A stretch of DNA of 61,065 bases, the filler included, from Sluysia triapertura (lineage: Eukaryota): NCBI GenBank assembly GCA_046118255.1. It is 4 parts of 4 records of this genome, joined end to end, with 100 filler letters (N's around TTAATTAATTAA, not from the genome) between each part and the next. Parts side by side here need not be neighbours in the genome. Positions count along the whole stretch, not along the records: positions 27,656 to 49,228 come from JBJNIA010251750.1; positions 49,329 to 61,065 come from JBJNIA010175140.1; 2 more parts are not named here. The stretch is one strand, 5' to 3'. How positions within the stretch are numbered: position 1 is the first letter of the stretch; each line of letters opens with the position of its first letter. Shown piece by piece: positions 40,175 to 51,936 of this stretch. The position numbers and the translations under genes are program-made. The notes under the pieces are model-generated. The model saw only the letters and a list, made by a program, of their open reading frames with translations, ran no database searches and was not told the DNA's origin.

Positions 40175-41187
40175 GTTTGTTTTGAGATTTTAGTGGAAAT
40201 TATTGAAATATTACTTGGCTGAATAATCGTAATTATAATAGTGAATTCTAGCCTAGAATCCATGCAATATTTAAATTATAATTTTTTATATTATTTATTA
40301 TTAAAATAAACAAAGAATAAATAAAAGAAGTTTAGAAAAGAACAAACGAAAATGTTTCAGACGTAATAAATTTTATTGACCTTAATTTAAAGTTTATTCA
40401 AATTTTTATACAACACGTCATAAAAATCGTTGTCCAATTGTATGATCGCTTTTATACGACTATGTTTATAATTAAATGCAACTGTTCCAATTTAATAAAA
40501 TATTATAAAATTAAATATTAAATATCCTATTTAACAATTGATGTTTCCATATGTTTCGATGGACAATAACTACTAAATTTTCATCACATTAGATATTGTA
40601 ATCTCCGTTCTGCTAATTCAATATAATACTAATTAAATAATTTAATCATATGATAGTCCATATTCTTTGGATCTTATATTATGGCTGTATAACCATTTCT
40701 TCTACTTACTATTTAATTAGAGTACATATTTTAATGCAGCAATATTGGTAATTGTCACAATTATTTTGGCACAATGACTTAAAAATGAAAAATTTGACAA
40801 TATTATTATCAATCAATTTCTGAACATTAATTTTAAGAAGAATTTAACAAAGACAATTTAACAAATCTTTTCAATTAACACCAAAAAGCTTCTCAAGTTT
40901 TTTTAATGATTGAATTAAGTTGTCAAATAATCATCCTGAGATTTCATATTATATTATTCAGTGATATCTTAATTCTACATAATTGAAGAAGACTTTAACT
41001 TTGCGATTTAACAAACACAAGTAAAGTTGTTTTCAATATTGTGTAAGAAAGAAAATCTCTGTACAAAAAATTAATTATATTGAAAAATGTATGCTTTATC
41101 TATCGAATCAGATGTAACTGATTGATATAAAATGTTTAATATATTTACATATAATAATGTATATTTAAATAATTAATTTTTATTCAG

Positions 41188-41430
41188 TTGAGTATGAATT
41201 AGAGTTAAAATCAAACAGAAAATGGTTTTATAACTACGAAAGTATATCTGTACAGTTGAATAGTAAAACTGGAATTGTTTCGAATCTAGATTTGTGTTTA
41301 ATAAATATAACCAGTTTTAATAAAACAGATCAAATGTCTCTGATGTTTATAAAATCTTCTGGATATTATAAAATAATATGTAATAAAGATGATGAATTTT
41401 ATGTATATTCAAAACTTTATGTCAGTCCAA
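41188..41430 (+). CDS. Ig-like exon B of the same gene
   Basis: ttcag|..A|gttaga, 243 nt open, phase 1-1. EYELELKSNRKWFYNYESISVQL..SSGYYKIIC..SKLYVSP. Confidence 0.7.
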
Positions 41431-42502
41431 GTTAGAGTTATTTTATGAATTTTAACAATAATTTATTGGAAATAATAGTTAAAAGAAATAATTATCAAAT
41501 AAATATCGACAACAAAACTCGTAATGATAATGATAAATCAGTCAGTAAAATGTTTTTATTACTGTTAGCACGTTAATGACTAAAGTGTAAATTCTAATAA
41601 ATTTTCTTTCATTTTTTAAAGTTACATCTTTTATTATCATACGATATAAATATATATTGAATTTTTATGTGATGTTCTTTACATAACACGAATTCATGAA
41701 ACTAAGATGATAAATTTTGTGCAAATCTGTCTAATAGTGATTAAATGTTTAAGACATTTACATCTGTGATGTTCTTCTGCATTTCTTTATTAAGGCAGCA
41801 TGAAAAGGTTAAGTTTCTTTATCATGCAACAATGTACTCGAAATTTTGTTTATAAATAACATGTTTTAGCAGCTTTTACAAATAGTGGAATTCGCTGGTA
41901 AATATATATTAAATGAATTCTTCTATACGCACTTGATTGAGTAATAGTTATCGTTGGAATAGTACGCTGCACAGAATTGTAAAATTTAGATAAATAATTA
42001 TTAATGAGCATGTGAAATAAATATTTATAAAACACAATCATCTAATAGTGGATAAAGAAAGAAAATGTATTGGATCTTGTCTTGTACAGATTTAATGAAT
42101 TAGACGCACTTCATCACTTTAATGATTATCTAAGATTGTATAATTATAGTCGCTAATTGGATTCGATTCTCGTTATTCTTTAATTATATTTATCTGCATT
42201 AACATTTTCATATTATGCTAGATTTAATTGTGTGGTATAGCCGCACCATCATTACAATAGAAAATAATAGTAAACAATAGTAATGCAGAAAAAAAGTAAT
42301 TTAATTCAAAAAAACTATAGAGCGAAATCAATTATAGGATAGTAATTATAGAACGACATTAAAATCAACAATAAACGGAGAAAATAACAGAAAATTAGTT
42401 TTTACAAATTGCATTAAAGAATTGGTGAATTTTAAATGCAATTACAACTTAAAGTTTTTATTAAAATATTAGAAAGTTATTAATACACTGTTTGTATTTT
42501 AG

Positions 42503-42751
42503 ATACTTTATTCATTAATGTTGTTAAATATGATACAAAATATAATTTTATATGTTCAAAAAATACATTAAATATCAGTAGTATATTATTTACATGTTCA
42601 AGAAATGGGACAGAGATTAATTTACCATCTGAAAATTTATTAACACTGGAATTTTATTTTAATAATTCTGTGGGATTGTACTCTTGCAAATGCACGGGAT
42701 ATTATAACATAGTTGTAAAAATTACAATAATAATGAGTTTCTATTATCATA
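42503..42751 (+). CDS. Ig-like exon C of the same gene
   Basis: ttttag|..A|gttagt, 249 nt open, phase 1-1. NFICS..SRNGTEI..LLTLEF..SVGLYSCKC has the G-x-Y-x-C motif. Confidence 0.75.
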
Positions 42752-45700
42752 GTTAGTAATAATTGTTTTAATGTTTTATATGTAATGAAACCTTTAAATG
42801 GAAATAGAAATAATTTTATTTCTGTCTTAGAAAAAGCAAAAAATAACGTAATTTTATTTTATAATTGTTAATAATGTTAATAATTTATAAATTTAATTGC
42901 AACTGTAAATTTAATACTGCTATTAAATCATTAGAGAATTTATAAACAATTTACTAGTATTGAATTTTATAATTAGAATAGTTATAAATTTAACACTATG
43001 TAAGTTTAATTACGGTTAGAATAATTTGTAATATAAAATTGTTGTAACACAAAAATAATTTATAATTTCAATATTTATCATACAAATTTAATAAAAATGT
43101 AATATTTATTAAATTTATTAAAATAAACCATTTAAAATCGTCATTTTCTAAAAAGTAAACTTATTTTCTGATAAGGAAAACTTAGAACTAAAAATAGAAA
43201 AGTTTCTCGAATATTCTAGAACGTTCAACCTATTCTTATTGACTGATGACTAGTACATAAACTAGCATCAGTTTAATGATAAGCACTATTTTAATAAGCA
43301 TAATGTCCTAATTGTAATACAATAGGACCATTTGAAATCTTACGTAAAATATCATTTTATTTCCTAGACCGTAAAAAGGCTAGGTCAATTTGTAATTTTA
43401 AATTCTCAATTTCCTAAACACGTAAGCCTTAAGCTTAAGGTTAAAAAATCATTATTATTATATAATTTATATTTTGTTTGTAAAGGATTTATTTCTTGTG
43501 AATAATATAATTTAATGATGTTAAAATCTTATTATTAAAATCTTCAAAACTATTGATCAAACCTTAAAAAGGCTGTTTCAACTTATAAAATAATCTTTGT
43601 ACTGACAGACCGTACAAAGGCTGTCTTAACTTTCAAATTTTGTTAACTGATAATTATCCTAACATTTTTATTTCTAAGAAATTCTAATTAGACCGTCATC
43701 ATTTTTTGATATAAAACGTATCTAATAGCCGGACTCATCTTATCTATTTTGCTAAGTAGGTTTCTTTTAAGTTAAAACCATAGCAATATTTAAAGAGTTA
43801 AAAGATTATTAGTAGCACTTCTATCCTGAACAACAAGGACTAGTATATTAGCTCATACCACCAGTTAAGTCTAATTTAAAGTGATAACATTGATAGAAAA
43901 GTTCAGAATAATTATAAAAAGTTATAAAAGTAATTTGAATTAATAGTAGAGAGCAAGAGTTCGTATAAAATTTATAAAGTATAAAAGAGCAATGAGACAA
44001 AAGTTTAATAAAATAAAATTAAAACGCCTAAATATCTAAAAATTTAGAAGAAACAAAGAGAATTTTACATTAACTCATACATTAAAGCACATAATACATA
44101 ACTTTTTATGTAATATAATGATTTTACACACACACACACACACAGAAGTTTAGTATTTTTATGTAACGTAATATTATAAACTTTTCACAAAGATTTGTAA
44201 GGTTACAATATTATTGTACAATAATCGAGTTTAAATATCATAAGGCAAAAATTACTTATGATAAGACATTTGGCATAAATAAATGAACTCCAAAAATAAA
44301 CCTTTATCTAAACTAATTTCTTACATTTTATTAAGAGAACCTTTGAAATTTTATATATATAAAATTAATTGCACTTCCACCTCGAACAGCTGAGACGATT
44401 AAAAACTTCAAATTTCGGAATGGTGCCCTGATAAATTTAATTTTTAAGTAATTCTAATAATCATAGACGGACATTTTAGTGAAAAGATTTAAATACTAAA
44501 TGAAAGCAAAACAATAAAACAAATATTTAAGAGTACAATCTTAAAAAAGTTTAAAAAATTGAAAAAATATATTTCTTCTTAAATAAAATCTTTGAAACAG
44601 TTTTGACAATAATTAAATATTACAACTAAATGTTTCACTTTAATTAATGTAATGTATTATTTTATAAAAATTTCGACAAGTGTTTCTGAAAGTATGCAAT
44701 ATTNNNNNNNNNNNNNNNNNNNNNNNNNNNNNNNNNNNNNNNNNNNNNNNNNNNNNNNNNNNNNNNNNNNNNNNNNNNNNNNNNNNNNNNNNNNNNNNNN
44801 NNNNNNNNNNNNNNNNNNNNNNNNNNNNNNNNNNNNNNNNNNNNNNNNNNNNNNNNNNNNNNNNNNNNNNNNNNNNNNNNGTGTCTGTCATAATATTAAT
44901 TACTAATTATTATTAGTTACAGATTATACTAATAATTAGTAATATAATAATAATAATCTGTAAATAAATAATTTATGTGTGAATATGTATGTTGAATTAT
45001 ATACAACAATAAGAGTTTGAAAATTATAACTAAGAAATTGTTTATAATAATACAATATTAGATATTGCAATAGAATTGACTATAGAGAAAATTGATTGGA
45101 GAAATTATTACAGAATGAGCTGTTGTCCAAAATCTAGAGCAAGAAAAATACTACGTAAGATGTTTCTTCACTGTATAATTGCACTTGTTAACTAACTTAA
45201 TTATTTTGAATAACATGTATTGAAGTGAGGCGATTATTGATTGTGTTATTTAAATTAAATATTTATCACTTTATTGAGTTATTGCATTTGGACATAATTA
45301 TATTGAAAATTCTGATAAGTATGCACGGCTAATAATTTGTTTCGCGTCTTAAAATAAAATAAATAAATTTATAAAATTATAATTCACCAAAATTAAAAAC
45401 AATTTCGAAAGATTTTCCTTAATTACGAGTGGTTTGTTTTGGTTAAAGCTATTGTTTTATTTACAAGCGTATTTTGTTATCAATAAATTTTAACGAACCA
45501 GTAATTTGTTTCGTCTTGTGAAACTAAGAGAATTCGAATTTCCCTAACATTTTCTCTCTCTTACATCAGATAGAAGTAAAACTCTGATTTCCAGATATAA
45601 TTAATAAATAAATTGATGCTACAAAGTCAATATTTAACGCGAATGTTATTAAATTAAAGAAATTTTAAATACCGAATAATTTTGTCTAATAACTGCCCAA

Positions 45701-46565
45701 AGTTTAACAACTTATCATATTATAAATTTTGTAAGGCACACTTCAATAAAAATTTTATTATAGTAATGTTAAAAGTCCAAAAGCAACAAATGATGTGTAT
45801 AAGTTTATACTGTTTCAATGTCATGTGGAAGCATTAATGATAACTTTAAAAAGTCGTGAGGGCGATATTTGAGATTCGCCAGCTTAATTCTGCTTATGTG
45901 GAATAAAAAGACAACTTTATCTCTATGTTAATGCAATGAAATGTATGTATGAAAAGTAAAATAGACACATTAATATTCAATAAATTTTAAATTGATGTAT
46001 ATGTTTTTTGTTTTGGTTTTATCTTTCAGCCCTCACTAGCTATTACTTTTATTCGTAAACACGTAACAAAATGGTCTATTCGAGGATGAGTTCACCCATA
46101 GAGGCCAATTTATATTTATAGAAAAGTCCGTCTATTTTACTTAACTTTTCAAAGAAGAAAGGTTAATTTACAAAATTTAATAAAAAATATTAAATATTAA
46201 AATATATATATTAAACCCAATAGTTATCGTTGAAGCTGTAAACGACGGTTTGTCAATAAAATTATCTCTGAAATCTTTGATTATAGACCGAAATTATATA
46301 CCCCAACTGTGTGTATTCCCTTTTTTTGTGTCTATTTAGTATTATTATTAGTAGTATTATTAATAGTATTATTATTAATATTATTATTATTATTTTTCAA
46401 ACTATATAGTATCACATTGCCATTTACCCATTCAGTTTATATTAATACAAGTATTTGTATCATCCCATCCAATTTTAGAAGTGTATATACATATAAGATT
46501 TCTTCACCAATATATTTGCTTAAATTTAAAATAAGATTATTTAAAACACAAGTTTAAATTGAAAA

Positions 46566-46980
46566 ATGGGTACAAGAACTTTTACGATTGAATTCAAAAT
46601 GGAAGTGGTCGAATTCGTGTGAACACGAAAATCATGTTATACTGCAAAACAGTACTTTGAAGCTAAAAACAAAAATACATTTGATAAATCAGTGTTTCAT
46701 CAATGGTATAAAAACCAATATAAAATACAAAAACAATATTTCTTTTTGTTACGAGTAGCTAGTCATAGAAAAAATTAGTTGTGAAAGTATTGAACAAAGA
46801 TTACATGTGTAAATAATAGAGTTTAGAATACACAAAATGTGACACGATTTTTTATTCATGATAGGGTGATTTCTGTAGCAAATGAATGTGGAATTAAATT
46901 AAAAATAACAGTATTAGATTACAGGACTTATGAAATGGAATGGATTTACGCTTTGTCGCATTACAAATTTAACTATTTTG
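46566..46980 (+). mobile_element. pogo/Tigger-like transposase N-terminal relic
   Basis: MGTRTFTIEFKMEVVEFV*..TAKQYF..SVFHQWYKNQYKI fits a Brinker/psq-type HTH of pogo transposases. Confidence 0.6.
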
Positions 46981-47489
46981 TCTTATGAAGATGTGATGGC
47001 CAACCCAATACTTCAAAAACCTTATTTCATCAATATATAATAAGATCATTCTTCAGAATGTTCTCAATTGCTATTATCACCAAACATACACTTAAAAAAT
47101 TAAATTGAAACACTTAAAATTAATTCAGCATTTCACCCATAGCATTTCACCCATCTTTCTATCAAAACCTTTTTCATATTTTATTTCTTCAGATCCACTA
47201 GAACTATTCTCATTTTAATATATTTTAAGCTACAATTTGACACAAAATCACGTCCACATCCAAAACCACCAAAACACATTAAATTTTATTCAAAACATTC
47301 TAATCTACAATTTTATAATACCAGAATTACCAACTTACATCTTAAACTACCAAAAATACATCCTAAAACTAACCCAAAACATTTTAAATCTCCAACCTTA
47401 TAACATATCATTCACAACCACATTCGAAATTTATCAACAAACATCTTTCAAGCAATCCAAACATTCTAAATTCACAATTTCTTATAAAT

Positions 47490-47870
47490 GCTAGATATGT
47501 TAAGAAATGTAAAAGAAAGACAGAAAGATTATGTTGAATAAAGATAAAGAAGTTTATGTGTTTTGGGATGATAATAATAATAATAACATTTCGCTGTTAT
47601 TATTATTATCACGATTATTAATTTTTATTATTATTATTATTTTAATTATAATTATCACTATTATCATTTTGTCTTGCCAAGTTTGTATGTGCATAAAATA
47701 AATCACAACTACCACTATCAGTGTTGACATTTTAGTCGTCATACACAAATTTTCATCAACACTGATAGTGGCTTCAATCGATCAATAAATTACTGTTGCT
47801 GATTATTACTGGTTGTCCAACCAGAGTGATTTTCATCGTGATTCTTATTTACCTCTGGTTGGACAACTAA
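47490..47870 (+). repeat. Multi-hairpin module, copy 4 (best preserved)
   Basis: Hairpin 1 at 47570-47610. Perfect 16-bp IR CCACTATCAGTGTTGA (47712-47727 / 47756-47771). Perfect 15-bp IR GTTGTCCAACCAGAG (47812-47826 / 47853-47867). Confidence 0.8.
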
Positions 47871-48049
47871 TCAAAGTAGGCATCAATATACAAAATTTCG
47901 TGTTAACCAATTACGACTCAGCAATTAAAAATTTGTATCAGATAATGAAAAAGAGGTGTCTTGTCAAAATTTACGATTTGGAAATTAATTTTAAAAATTT
48001 TCAGCAACAATTAAAATTAATACAAAAGTTTGCCAAAAATTTTTAAACA

Positions 48050-49070
48050 AGATAAAACGAAAACTTTACGTATTTTATAAATGAACGAATACCTCGATTC
48101 AATACGAGATAAAGTTCAAAGGTCGTCTGTCACTATATTCAAATGAAAATTCTACAGAGAGGTTAATACCTGATTTAATTACGATTCTATTAATCGACGT
48201 CGATTACGATATAACTTTTTATGTGACTTCATTAATAATGACAAAGCCTTTTCAGTGGCCGAAATGTAAACTAGACCATTTCATAATTATATCTACGAAT
48301 TAATAGATATGCAAATTACACGAAAACTAACAAAAGTTGTCCACACTATAACTCAAAGTATAATAAAGTTTGGCTAATACACACGATATCAGTCTTATAT
48401 GATTATTTTCAAAAGTCAAAGTGATTATTGTATGTAATAATGTATCTAAAATACTTGTCAAGTGATATCGGACAATTGCTCACTAATACGAGTAAAATAT
48501 TAGTGCAAAATATTAGTTGTCAAAGTCAGTTTTGAAACATAAAATCAGTATATCAATAATAACATCAATGAAGTGGTTCAGCCTTCAAGTAAATTTCGAG
48601 ATCAATTTGCCTTTAAGCCTTCGTTGAATACAATTTTCGGTAACCGACTACCAATGGTGCAATACTCCAGCCAACTGGATCGTTTTAGCAGATGTATAAT
48701 GTATGGAGCACGTTTTTTTATAATGTATTTTCATACAATGTGCAAGATCCGTGACACTCGTGATTTTGAATTGAGATATATAATAGGAGTTAAAAAACTG
48801 GTGAATTCATTTAAACATGGGGATCAACAATTACGTGGACAATTTCACACCAATGCAGCGGACAGCATTTACAATTGTTCTAGTATTATTTATAATGTAA
48901 TTTTATTTTTTTTCTTTAAACTTTGTAGATACAAATTATTATTTATCATTATTTTACAGGAATCTGCAACCTGCAAGTTCAACAATGTGTCTGAAGTTAA
49001 TAGCATCAATATATAACATGCGAAATACAAAATTGTATGTAATTAAATTTAATGTCTATAAAAATAGGAG
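48050..49070 (+). repeat. Second copy of the cargo segment (includes ORF 48573-49016)
   Basis: Collinear with 33770-34850. Confidence 0.85.
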
Positions 49071-49228
49071 TATGGAGTAGCCAAATGTTTTTGTTAATGA
49101 TTTTATGTAGCAGAATATTACATTTGATTTTAATAATTTTAAAGGTAATGCGGGCTTTTCTTTATAAAATATATAACCACAATAATGCCTTGCAATTTCA
49201 AAGATATCATAAATGAATCTTGATAAGT

Positions 49229-49328
49229 NNNNNNNNNNNNNNNNNNNNNNNNNNNNNNNNNNNNNNNNNNNNTTAATTAATTAANNNNNNNNNNNNNNNN
49301 NNNNNNNNNNNNNNNNNNNNNNNNNNNN
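49229..49328. other. Artificial scaffold-joining spacer
   Basis: N44-TTAATTAATTAA-N44. Confidence 0.97.
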
Positions 49329-49401
49329 ATAATTATAATAATATGATATATTAATTTATATTGCGCTACTCTCTGCCGCAAAACAAGTACTCGTCCAACG
49401 T

Positions 49402-49435
<34 letters not shown>

Positions 49436-49840
49436 CGGCTGGAAAGCGGCTTTAGCACAATGTGATTTTTGACTATTGCCATGAATCTCAACTTGGTGAA
49501 CGACGAGAGTAACTCTGACTCTCTTTTAATTAGTAACGTGTTTGAATGAATTAACCTACTATTCAGCTAAACTACAGTCACGGGAACGGGTGTCACTTTC
49601 GAATAGCGGGGAAAGAAGACCCCGTTGAGATTGATTCTAGTACGACTTTGTGAAGAAAAATAGGAGGTATAGAATAGGTGGGATTGAAATATCACCACTC
49701 TTATCTTTTCGTTACTTACACGGTAAAGCAATAAATCTGGTTTCGGCTAGTATCTTGTGGACTTAAAAACATAATCTTCTGATGTGCTTGAACTGTTCTG
49801 AAAACAGTGTCGTGCGGCTGAGTTTGACTGGGAGAGGTAC
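49402..49840 (+). rRNA. 28S: Degenerate 28S rRNA pseudogene fragment (domain IV-V region)
   Basis: Conserved blocks in order: AATCCGACTGTCTAATTAAAACAAAGCATTG, GAGTAACT.TGACTCTCTT, AGCGGGGAAAGAAGACCC.GTTGAG, GAGTTTGACTGGG, with deletions between them. Confidence 0.93.
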
Positions 49841-50741
49841 TTTCAAAATGTGACAATGTTACGAAGCATGTCGAATCTGATAATGAAAAATTTAGTTATC
49901 TTAATTAGTTTTTATAATCTAAAATTAAATTTATTTATGCTGTGATGCTTAAGTATAATTAATGTATATGTTAAATTAACGCTCATGGAAATACCAACTC
50001 AAATACGTTATTGAAATCAATATGCGTCCCAAAACGTATTATAAAAGATTTCTATGAAAATCCATTTATTGTCTGATTAAATTTATTTTTATTTTAAGTT
50101 GATGAATTATTATAACAGTAAGCATTGATGCAATAGTTACATTAAATTTTGATTAGATTATGTTAATAATATCAATGGATTGTTTGTCACAAATCCCACT
50201 ATCTTTGGATAATTTCAGGAGACAATATGAAATTTAATTATTAAAATGCGTCGGCTTTTGCCTATCTAAAGAATGGACAGTTTATAAGTAAATATTTCCG
50301 CCTTTTCCAATTTTCAATCTCCTAAGCGATTACCAAACTGTTATATAAATAATCAGATTTCTGTAATAAAATCAGAATAAGGCAGCCGAACAAAAAGAAG
50401 AAAACTTTATAAAACTTTTGTGATAAACGCATTTATAATAAACATTGTGATTGAGAACTTATCTTTAGCAATTGATCAAATGTTAAAATAGTGGTTTTGT
50501 TTTTGTTAAGGTTAGCAAACCTACGTTCTTATTATTTTATTATTGTTAATATAGGAATCAACATTTATTGCGTTGTGTCACTCCTGGCTTTTTACAGATG
50601 CAGTGATTGATAATTTAGAATTTGTGTATCTTTACTAATATCTGTGGACAGATTGCAAACTGTATATTGTTTTGAAAAGTGATACATAACACATTCTATT
50701 TCTTACATTTCGTAAGCAAGTGCGGATTGGTTCAGTAATTT

Positions 50742-50894
50742 CTATAGTGCTTTATCAAGTCGTAATTTTGTAGAATCAGCAAAATTTGAAAATCCTTCTC
50801 GATCAACCTGACTAAAATCGAATTGATCAATTATTTGTTCGGAATTTTTACCAATGTTTGCAGCAAAATCATAAACTTCAACAATGTGGAACAT
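50742..50894 (-). pseudogene. Fragment resembling the RH1 N-terminus of RILP-like proteins
   Basis: IVEVYDFAANIGKNSEQIIDQF resembles RILPL-type V.DVYD.A..IG.EFE.IIDQ.G; the similarity is lost after this stretch. Confidence 0.45.
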
Positions 50895-51532
50895 TTTAGA
50901 CAGCGAAGATTTTGATCAGAATGGTAAATGAAGAATTTGATGAAATTAATAAAGAATTGATAATTTAGACTTAGATTGAATGTATGGATAATTACATAAT
51001 GATCTGTTATTTGATTACAAATTTTGTTGAGTGTTATATTGGTTAAAAGAAGTTTATGTTTCACTCTATAATCTTTCTGTATGTAGCATTTGGATTTTAA
51101 GTATAATCTTTTCCTTGTTTCTTTTTTAATTTCTTTCTACAAACTCTTTCTCATAAATAAACCATATTATTTCATATTTGAGTATCATATTTGAATGTCT
51201 GAAATGGGAAATGACAATGTTTAATGATGTTCTACTGACTAAAATACTTTGTTGAATCAGAATTTCCTGTAGATCTTTTTTAATACATTAATATAAATTT
51301 AATGCTGTTATGATTATTAAACTAGCCATATTAAAATCATCATTACAATAAGCATTAACGAGAAGTAATATTTAGATGGATTATGCATTGTCGTTTAAAA
51401 TATGTTTCGAGAATTCAAAAGTCGGGATAATTTTCGGTCTAAAACGATCAAAATATTACTTGATGAATCTAGACATCTCATGGCTGACAATTCCCCAATT
51501 ATAATTTTATATGCAAATAACTTGACATTATA

Positions 51533-51936
51533 TTGGGTTGGTGCATAATTGGTGCACAATTATGAAAAATGCATATTGATCAAGAATAAAAACCAAACAA
51601 AAATTCCAGATAACAAAAATGAATTTATTAAATCATTACAAAAACAAATATCTCAGTAACAATCGCTGAGATATCCTTTGCCACAATCAATCACTTCCTT
51701 ACACCGTTCTGATTGTTTGCCAATCCCACGTTTGGTGTTTTTGGTCGGAAAATTCTTCAATCCACGTTGTTATTTCTTCTTCGTTTTCAAATTTGAGACC
51801 AGAAATATGGTTTGACATGGGCTAAGTCTGGCGAATACGGTGGATGAAGAAGAACTTCTCAGGCAAGCTTTTCAATAAGCAACTTTCTAATGATTTAATA
51901 AATCCATAAACCGCACGAACTTATGCACCAACCCAA
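51533..51936 (-). mobile_element. Internally deleted mariner (DD34D) with both TIRs and TA TSD
   Basis: TA|TTGGGTTGGTGCATAA ... TTATGCACCAACCCAA|TA. The minus strand gives EVLLHPPYSPDLA..GLKFENEEEITTWIEEF. Same family as 4481-4821. Confidence 0.92.

Noticed and set aside
43242-43273. CTGATGA as a hammerhead ribozyme core
   Set aside because: It sits in a simple hairpin, with no correctly placed GAAA or three-stem junction.
43043-44207. Possible solo LTR (TGTAAC..GTTACA) with internal GACCGTA.AAAGGCT repeats
   Set aside because: No matching TSD, PBS or second copy; probably repeat-derived but the boundaries are unsupported.
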